From Eubacteriales bacterium (GTDB lineage Bacteria; Bacillota; Clostridia; Oscillospirales; CAG-382), in the NCBI GenBank assembly GCA_045535465.1, contig JAZSLS010000100.1, forward strand, positions 559 through 64,558: a stretch of DNA of 64,000 nucleotides. The letters run 5' to 3'. The notes under the pieces were generated by a model. That model did no database searches and was not told where the DNA came from. It saw nothing but the letters and a program-made list of their open reading frames with translations. Positions 57,815 through 64,000 of this stretch are shown here, piece after piece. The translations under genes were made by a program, and so were the position numbers. Within the stretch, counting starts at the first letter, position 1; each line of letters opens with the position of its first letter.

Positions 57815-58942
57815 ATGGGATACGTAACCTATTCAGCAGAACATCTTGACAAATTTTGTATGGAGGCTTTTTGTAAGTTCGGCTTCACCGAGGAACAAAG
57901 CCGCATTATAAGCGACGTGCTTATGCTTTCCGACCTTTACGGTATCGAAAGCCACGGTATGCAGCGTCTTGTAAGATACCACAAGGGTATCGAAAAGGGC
58001 ACTATTAAGATTGATGCTGAACCTGAGGTTGTTTTCGAAACCCCCATTTCAGCAGTTATTGACGCACACGACGGTATGGGTCAGCTCGTTGGTCACGACG
58101 CTATGGCTCTTGCTATCAAAAAGGCAGAAACAGCAGGCGTTGGTATCGTTTCCGTTAGAAACTCCAATCACTTTGGTATTGCAGGCTACTATGCAAAAAT
58201 GGCTTGCGACAAGGGTCTTGTAGGCTTTGCTTGCACCAACTCCGAGGCTATAATGGTTCCTACCTTCGGTCGTCTTGCTATGATTGGCTCTAACCCTATT
58301 GCTATGGCAGCTCCTGCTGAGCCTTATCCTTTCTTCTTTGATGCTTCCACTACCGTTGTTACCCGCGGTAAGCTTGAAATGTATAACAAAATGGGCAAGC
58401 CCCTTCCCGAAGGCTGGGCACTTGATAAGGACGGTCATCCTTCCTCTGACGCAGCAGACGTTCTTAAGAACATCGTTGCAAAGAACGGCGGCGGCATAAT
58501 GCCTCTCGGCGGCTCTGCAGAAAAGCTTGGCAGCCACAAGGGCTACGGCTGGGGTATGGTATGTGAATTCTTTGCTTCCATCCTTTCTCAGGGCGTTACC
58601 TCCAACGGCTGTATGAAGAACGGCAAGAGCGGTATCTGCCACGGCTTTATGGCAATCAACCCCTCCTTTTTCGGCAATGCAGAGGATATCAAGGCTCACT
58701 TCAGCACTTATCTTGAAGAACTTCGTCAAAGCCCCAAGGCTGAAGGCGCAGAACGCATCTACACCCACGGCGAAAAGGAAATTGCTGCTCTTGCCGACAG
58801 AAAGGCAAACGGCATAGCTGTTAACGAAAACACCGTAAGAGAAATGATAGATATGGCTAACTACCTTGGTATGGACGTTAAGGCATACTTTGGTGACTTT
58901 GCCGCAGGTGATAACAGCGGTATGTTCTCCGGCAACTATTAA
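57815..58942 (+). CDS. Ldh_2 family (malate/L-lactate/sulfolactate-type) NAD(P)H oxidoreductase
   Basis: 375 aa. Contains SHGMQRL and NSNHFGIAGYY, typical of type-2 malate/lactate dehydrogenases (AllD/ComC family). Confidence 0.85.
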   Translation: MGYVTYSAEHLDKFCMEAFCKFGFTEEQSRIISDVLMLSDLYGIESHGMQRLVRYHKGIEKGTIKIDAEPEVVFETPISAVIDAHDGMGQLVGHDAMALAIKKAETAGVGIVSVRNSNHFGIAGYYAKMACDKGLVGFACTNSEAIMVPTFGRLAMIGSNPIAMAAPAEPYPFFFDASTTVVTRGKLEMYNKMGKPLPEGWALDKDGHPSSDAADVLKNIVAKNGGGIMPLGGSAEKLGSHKGYGWGMVCEFFASILSQGVTSNGCMKNGKSGICHGFMAINPSFFGNAEDIKAHFSTYLEELRQSPKAEGAERIYTHGEKEIAALADRKANGIAVNENTVREMIDMANYLGMDVKAYFGDFAAGDNSGMFSGNY

Positions 58943-58968
58943 TTAATTAAATATAAGGAGCTATTAAA

Positions 58969-60144
58969 ATGACTAACGCAGAAAAGAGTTTGGCACTTCA
59001 CTATGAAAAAAGAGGTAAGATAGAGGTTATCACTACCGTTCCCTGCAAGACCAAGGAAGACCTTGCCCTTGCTTATACTCCCGGTGTTGCTACTCCCTGT
59101 CTTGAAATACAGAAGGACGTTAATAAGTCCTACGAGCTTACAAGAAGATGGAATATGTGTCTTGTTGTTACCGACGGTACTGCAGTTCTCGGTCTTGGCG
59201 ATATAGGCCCAGAGGCAGGTATGCCCGTTATGGAAGGCAAGTGCGCCCTCTTTAAGGCATTTGGCGACGTTGATGCGTTCCCTATGTGCATTAAGTCCAA
59301 GGACGTTGACGATATAGTTAAGACCGTTCAGCTCATCAGCGGCAGCTTTGGCGGCGTTAACCTTGAAGATATATCTGCACCCCGTTGCTTTGAAATAGAA
59401 AAGAGACTTAAGGAAGTTTGCGATATTCCGATTTTCCACGATGACCAGCACGGTACCGCTATCGTTACACTCGCAGGTCTTACCAATGCTTTAAAGGTTG
59501 TTGGTAAGGACAAGGCAGACGTTAAGATAGTTATCAACGGCGCAGGCGCTGCTGCTATCTCCATTTGCCGTCTCCTTCTTTCCGCAGGCTGCAAGAACGT
59601 AACCCTCTGTGACAGAAACGGCGCTATCTACGCAGGCAGAGAAAAGGGTATGAACCCTATCAAGGACGAAATGGCTCTTGTTACCAACCTTGAAAAGAAG
59701 GCAGGTAGCCTTGCTGATATGCTCGTTGGCGCTGACGTATTTATAGGCGTTTCCGCTCCTAATATGGTTACCACCGATATGGTTAAGACTATGGCTAAGG
59801 ATGCTATCGTATTCGCTTGCGCTAACCCCACTCCCGAAATTCTTCCTGATGACGCTAAGGCAGGCGGCGCAGCAGTTATCGCTACCGGCAGAAGCGACTT
59901 CCCCAACCAGATAAACAACGTTCTTGCATTCCCCGGCATTTTCCGTGGTGCATTCGACGTAAGAGCTTCCGATATAAACGAAGAAATGAAGCTTGCTGCT
60001 GCAAACGCTATTGCAGGCCTTATTACCGACGAGGAGCTTAGCCCCGAATACATTATGCCCGCTGCTTTCGATGAAAGAGTAGGTAAGTCTGTTGCAGAAG
60101 CAGTTGCTAAGGCAGCTCGTGAAACAGGCGTAGCAAGAATATAA
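58969..60144 (+). CDS. NAD(P)-dependent malic enzyme (short form, oxaloacetate-decarboxylating)
   Basis: VVTDGTAVLGLGDIGPEAGMPVMEGK, FHDDQHGTAIV and the Rossmann motif INGAGAAAISI. Confidence 0.9.
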   Translation: MTNAEKSLALHYEKRGKIEVITTVPCKTKEDLALAYTPGVATPCLEIQKDVNKSYELTRRWNMCLVVTDGTAVLGLGDIGPEAGMPVMEGKCALFKAFGDVDAFPMCIKSKDVDDIVKTVQLISGSFGGVNLEDISAPRCFEIEKRLKEVCDIPIFHDDQHGTAIVTLAGLTNALKVVGKDKADVKIVINGAGAAAISICRLLLSAGCKNVTLCDRNGAIYAGREKGMNPIKDEMALVTNLEKKAGSLADMLVGADVFIGVSAPNMVTTDMVKTMAKDAIVFACANPTPEILPDDAKAGGAAVIATGRSDFPNQINNVLAFPGIFRGAFDVRASDINEEMKLAAANAIAGLITDEELSPEYIMPAAFDERVGKSVAEAVAKAARETGVARI

Positions 60145-60147
60145 GCT

Positions 60148-61425
60148 ATGGCAAGCTTTAGTTTACCTTATTATAAAGAGAAGCTTTCCTTAACCGTTGA
60201 GGACAGCCGTCTTGCAGGGGTGCTTACAAGCCGTTCGGAGGATTTTGTTCCTGCAAAGTCCCAAACCGAGCTTGTGCGTGATGCCCTTGCAAATCCCATA
60301 AATGCTACTCCTCTTTCGGAGCTTGCTAAGGATAAAAAGCATATTGTTATTATTTCCAGTGACCACACCCGTCCCGTACCCAGCAAGGTTACTATGCCCG
60401 TGCTCCTTGAGGAGATACGCAGCACTAACAGCTCTTGCCGTATTACCATACTCGTTGCAACGGGTATGCACCGTCCTACCACCAAGGAGGAGCTGGTTGA
60501 CAAATACGGTGCAGAGATAGCGGAGAGGGAAGAGATAGTTGTTCACAACGCCTATGCCGATGAGGAAATGACCTTTAAGGGCATCCTTCCTTCCGGTGGT
60601 GAGCTTTGGATTAATAAGCTGGTTGACGAATGTGACCTTCTTATTTCCGAAGGCTTTATCGAGCCTCACTTTTTTGCAGGCTTCTCCGGCGGCCGTAAAT
60701 CCGTTCTTCCGGGCATAGCTTCCAAAAAAACAGTGCTTTGGAACCATAACGCACTTTTCCTTGCAGACGGTCGTGCCCGTACAGGTAACTTGGCAGGTAA
60801 CCCCGTTCACGAGGATATGCTTTACGCTGCAAAGCAGGCAGGCCTTTGCTTTATTCTCAATGTTGTTATCAATAGCGAGAAAGAGGTTATTGCCGCTTTC
60901 GCAGGGGACTTGACCGAGGCGCACGCCAAGGGCTGTGAGTTTGTAGCATCTCTTGCCCGTGTTAAGCCTATTCCTACTGATATCGTGGTTACAACTAACG
61001 GTGGTTATCCTTTGGACCAAAACATTTATCAGACCGTTAAGGGTATGACAGCAGGCGAAGCTTGCGTTCGTGAAGGCGGCGTTATAATAATAGCCTCCTC
61101 TTGTATGGACGGCCACGGTGGCGAGTTTTTCTATAAGCTGCTTGCTGATAAGCCTTCTGCAAAGGCAGCGTTTGACGCTATCAACGGTGTTAAGCCTCAG
61201 GATACTCAGTTTGACCAGTGGGAGGCGCAGATACTTGCCCGTGTTCTTTGTCGTGCAACGGTTATATTGGTAAGCAAGCATTGTGACCCCGATATGATAA
61301 AGGCTATGCATATGGAGCACGCCTTTACCTTGGATGAAGCTATGGAAAAGGCTGAAGCTATAGTAGGCAAGGCTTCAAAAATTACAGTTATTCCGGATGG
61401 TATAGCAGTAATAGTAAAAGAATAG
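60148..61425 (+). CDS. LarA-family nickel-pincer-dependent 2-hydroxyacid racemase/epimerase
   Basis: The DUF2088/LarA motifs SSDHTRP and EPHFFAGFSGGRKS (cofactor-tethering Lys region) are present. 425 aa. Confidence 0.85.
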   Translation: MASFSLPYYKEKLSLTVEDSRLAGVLTSRSEDFVPAKSQTELVRDALANPINATPLSELAKDKKHIVIISSDHTRPVPSKVTMPVLLEEIRSTNSSCRITILVATGMHRPTTKEELVDKYGAEIAEREEIVVHNAYADEEMTFKGILPSGGELWINKLVDECDLLISEGFIEPHFFAGFSGGRKSVLPGIASKKTVLWNHNALFLADGRARTGNLAGNPVHEDMLYAAKQAGLCFILNVVINSEKEVIAAFAGDLTEAHAKGCEFVASLARVKPIPTDIVVTTNGGYPLDQNIYQTVKGMTAGEACVREGGVIIIASSCMDGHGGEFFYKLLADKPSAKAAFDAINGVKPQDTQFDQWEAQILARVLCRATVILVSKHCDPDMIKAMHMEHAFTLDEAMEKAEAIVGKASKITVIPDGIAVIVKE

Positions 61426-61433
61426 TTTTTTAG

Positions 61434-61464
61434 CAGGTTGCCCAAAAAGGCAACCTGTTTTTTT
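61434..61464 (+). terminator. rho-independent terminator after the LarA-family gene
   Basis: CAGGTTGCC-CAAAAA-GGCAACCTG followed by TTTTTTT. Confidence 0.85.
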
Positions 61465-61487
61465 ACTTCCAAAACGCATATAATAGG

Positions 61488-61516
61488 TTGACAAACAAGA
61501 ACGCTTGATGTATAAT
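61488..61516 (+). promoter_or_regulatory. perfect consensus sigma-A promoter (TTGACA-17-TATAAT)
   Basis: TTGACA at 61488-61493, TATAAT at 61511-61516. Confidence 0.7.
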
Positions 61517-61519
61517 GTA

Positions 61520-61536
61520 CACTGTATAATACAGTG
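61520..61536 (+). promoter_or_regulatory. perfect 7-bp inverted repeat at the predicted transcription start (candidate operator)
   Basis: CACTGTA-TAA-TACAGTG lies immediately downstream of the -10 box. Confidence 0.5.
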
Positions 61537-61646
61537 AATAATTGTCTACGTGTCTGCCTTTTTAGGCAAAATGATGGCAAAACATACAAAAACGATAGTT
61601 AAACATAGTATTTATGTAAGTTTTTTAAAGAGGGAAGTGTGTTCTT

Positions 61647-63077
61647 TTGGTAGCGGAAATAAAGCAAAAACTCCAAAATAATGAATCGGTGGACAGACTA
61701 ACCGTTTTTTCTGCCATACCCGAGGAAGTACGTGCTTACTCTTTGCGTGTTGGTTATAATGCGTGGCTTCTTTATAAAAAGGCTTTGGAGAAAAAGCTTT
61801 ATCACGCAGATAACGGCTTGAAAGCCAAAAACGCTTACTTGGTATATGATGCCGTTCGTTTTTTTGATATAGGTTATATAACCGAGGATATGGAAATTGA
61901 CAAGGCAGGCAAGCACGCTCTTGTGGGTGCTGATATCATTTCCGGTGGCGACGGCGCAAAGACAAAGGAGCTTTCCGCTTCCGAAAAGGTGCTTAGAGCA
62001 ATGGCAAGGGATGCAGCGCTTTGTCACCACGAAAAGTGGAACGGCAGCGGTATGCCTGGCAGACTTTCCGGTGAGGATATTCCGATAATTGCAAGAATAT
62101 GCCGTATCTGTAACGTTTTTGACGTACATACTTCAAGTCGTAATAATGTTCCCGCTCTTTCCAAGGACGATGCGTTTGTAAGGATGAAGGAAAAGGTTGG
62201 CACCAACTTTGACCCTCTTTTGTATGAGGCTTTTCTTGAATGTGTAGATAACTTGGTGGTTGAAGGCGATACCTTCCCGACGATAGAGGAGATAAGCGCA
62301 GAAAACAGCAAGCACGAAAAGGTTGTAGCCAACACTACCGATGCATATAAAAAGCTTAACGAGAGTGTAAGACCTATTGAGGTTTGGTATTATCCCGTTT
62401 CGGATATTGACGCAAAAAACGCTTCTTACTACGAAACGCAGTTTTGTATTAACGACCGCTACTACGGCGTTATTAATACCGAGCTTTTGCTTACCGTTGC
62501 GGAAAGCACCGGCAAGATATGCGATATTACCGATATTGTTCTTGAACAGGTTTTTGAGATGATGGTTATCGGCAAACAGCGCTATTTTGATACTAAGCGT
62601 GTGGCTGTTAGGATAAGCGAAAAGTATTTTAAAAAGCGCAACGTTATAACCAAGCTTAAAAAGCTTTCCGAGACCTACGGTATTTCCCTTAAATCTCTTA
62701 TAGTTGAGGTTAAGGAATCGGCAATAGCATCAGCAGATGCGGCTCTTATAAATACTTTAAACGAGCTTCGCAGTCTTGGCATAAAAATATCGGTTTATAA
62801 CTTTGGCATGGAATATTCCGCCCTTTCAAGGATAGATAAGCTAAGCTTTGATATCCTTAAGATAGACAAGAGCTTTGTCAGCCAGATAGATGACAGTCAG
62901 CGTGTTAAAGGTCTTGTAAAGGGCATTATAGAAATGGCAAAGACTCTTCACGTAGAGGTTGTTGCCGAAAACGTTGAAACGGACGCGCAAAGGGCAGCGC
63001 TTCGCACGCTTGAGTGTGATAAGATAAGCGGTTCGCTTATCGGTCAGCCTATAACCCTTAGCGAGATTATCGGTTAA
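61647..63077 (+). CDS. HD-GYP-like plus EAL-like two-domain protein; both domains degenerate
   Basis: TTG start. The HD-GYP core HHEKWNGSGMPGRLSGEDIPIIARI is present, but the HD dyad reads FD (RFFDIGY). The EAL domain reads YYPV...ETQFC, YNFG and ENVET in place of YQPI...EALxR, DDFG and EGVE. Confidence 0.8.
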   Translation: MVAEIKQKLQNNESVDRLTVFSAIPEEVRAYSLRVGYNAWLLYKKALEKKLYHADNGLKAKNAYLVYDAVRFFDIGYITEDMEIDKAGKHALVGADIISGGDGAKTKELSASEKVLRAMARDAALCHHEKWNGSGMPGRLSGEDIPIIARICRICNVFDVHTSSRNNVPALSKDDAFVRMKEKVGTNFDPLLYEAFLECVDNLVVEGDTFPTIEEISAENSKHEKVVANTTDAYKKLNESVRPIEVWYYPVSDIDAKNASYYETQFCINDRYYGVINTELLLTVAESTGKICDITDIVLEQVFEMMVIGKQRYFDTKRVAVRISEKYFKKRNVITKLKKLSETYGISLKSLIVEVKESAIASADAALINTLNELRSLGIKISVYNFGMEYSALSRIDKLSFDILKIDKSFVSQIDDSQRVKGLVKGIIEMAKTLHVEVVAENVETDAQRAALRTLECDKISGSLIGQPITLSEIIG

Positions 63078-63106
63078 CCCCGAAGCTTTAAGGAGGTGAT
63101 GGGGAA

Positions 63107-63847
63107 TTGGGTAATTCGGTAAATCCTAACAACGCAAACCAAATGAAAATGTTTAATACCCGTGTAACGGCTAAAGGTGTTCACCGCAGAAAAGTGATGC
63201 TTAGGGTAGTAGGCATAGTGGTGCTTATATGTATCCTTCTCTTGCTTTTATCCTTCTGTATGGCAAACTTTATGGATAAAGCCGGCAACTTTACCGTAAA
63301 CGTTCCCGAAGGACTCAGCGCACGCAGCATCTCCGTCAGCGAAACGGCCGATTTTGAAAACCCTACCACGTTTCTTGCGGCAGACCCCGTTGACAAGATG
63401 GACAACATAACGGAAGCGTGGCTGCCGGCGGATATAGCTGAGGTAGACGGTTCCCATAACGGTGACAACTACATAGCATATACCTTTTATCTTAGAAATA
63501 ATGACGACGAACCTATAGATTACGTGGCGGATATCGATATTAATTCCGTGTATTTAGATACCGACCACGCAGTTCGTGTAAAAGTGTACCGCAACGGTGA
63601 GCCTACTGTTTACGCAAAGGCGCAAAAGGCAGACGGCAAGCCCGAACCTAACACAACGCCATTCTTCTCAAATACCAAGGTTATGAGCCAAACCTATGAG
63701 GGGATAGAGGCAGGCGGTATAGATAAGTATACCATTGTAATATGGCTCGAAGGTAACGATCCTGAATGTGTTGATGATATTTTAGGCGGGGAGATGAAAA
63801 TGGCAATGCAATTTCACGTTTTAGAAACTGAAGAGGTTAAAGCGTAA
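63107..63847 (+). CDS. hypothetical membrane-anchored protein with extracytoplasmic beta-rich domain
   Basis: TTG start 10 nt after AAGGAGGTG. TM helix VVGIVVLICILLLLLSFCMA. No family recognised with confidence. Confidence 0.6.
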   Translation: MGNSVNPNNANQMKMFNTRVTAKGVHRRKVMLRVVGIVVLICILLLLLSFCMANFMDKAGNFTVNVPEGLSARSISVSETADFENPTTFLAADPVDKMDNITEAWLPADIAEVDGSHNGDNYIAYTFYLRNNDDEPIDYVADIDINSVYLDTDHAVRVKVYRNGEPTVYAKAQKADGKPEPNTTPFFSNTKVMSQTYEGIEAGGIDKYTIVIWLEGNDPECVDDILGGEMKMAMQFHVLETEEVKA

Positions 63848-63956
63848 CTTTTTCAGTTTCATAAAAATTGTATTGGCTATATTCTCACCACCTGAAAATC
63901 CCATCAACACATACAAGATAAATAAACAAAAATATTAAAAAATGGAGGCAAAAAAA

Positions 63957-64000
63957 TGACATTCAAAAAGAAAGCATTACTCCCCGCAATCGCAATGGTA
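63957..64000 (+). CDS. 5' end of a secreted-protein gene (signal-peptide-like N-terminus), cut by the window edge
   Basis: GGAGG RBS 7 nt upstream. MTFKKKALLPAIAMV... Only 14 codons are visible. Confidence 0.45.

Noticed and set aside
60190-61320. 376-aa minus-strand ORF
   Set aside because: Antisense to the LarA-family gene.

Overview
This 64-kb chromosomal window comes from a Firmicutes/Clostridia genome. I infer a spore-forming, dockerin-encoding Oscillospiraceae/Ruminococcus-like organism, based on dpaAB, the Prp-L27 pair, the dcw layout and a type-I dockerin. All calls rest on reading the sequence and ORF translations by eye; no database search was run. I find about 60 protein genes (mostly on the + strand) and three tRNAs (Thr-CGU, Tyr-GUA, Thr-UGU). 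There is no rRNA, CRISPR, transposase or integrase. Core content, in order: ilvE (partial, missing from the ORF track), an M23 peptidase, gdhA, dpaA-dpaB-tepA-like, rplU-prp-rpmA-obg, an aconitase-family hydratase, an S1-domain protein, prfA, a serine hydrolase, an orphan ParB-like gene and hpt. These are followed by birA-bioY, a reduced dcw cluster (mraZ-rsmH-ftsL-PBP-murF-mraY-ftsW-murG-ftsQ-ftsZ), thyX-tmk, mltG and a U32 peptidase. The window ends with a four-subunit 2-oxoacid:ferredoxin oxidoreductase, ispD-ispF, an M16 peptidase pair, lgt and folD. Seven accessory or unusual segments stand out. (1) A four-gene phage-type cassette (collagen-repeat tail-fibre-like protein, metallophosphoesterase, holin, Amidase_3 endolysin with a C-terminal dockerin) has its own consensus promoter and sits between gdhA and the 3' end of tRNA-Thr. 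(2) A 211-bp tandem repeat (2.3 copies) lies between hpt and parB; its flanks are 100% identical, and it carries a hypervariable hairpin with two compensatory base-pair changes between copies. (3) A low-GC islet of three small genes sits next to tRNA-Tyr and is preceded by an array of seven copies (4 direct, 3 inverted) of a 12-bp motif, TGTATATCATCA. (4) An orphan UDP-L-FucNAc (fnlABC-type) operon. (5) An Ldh_2 dehydrogenase, malic enzyme and LarA-family racemase operon. (6) A doubly degenerate HD-GYP/EAL protein. (7) Two tandem BspA-type LRR lipoproteins. Several long antisense ORFs in the track are shadows of real genes and are rejected.
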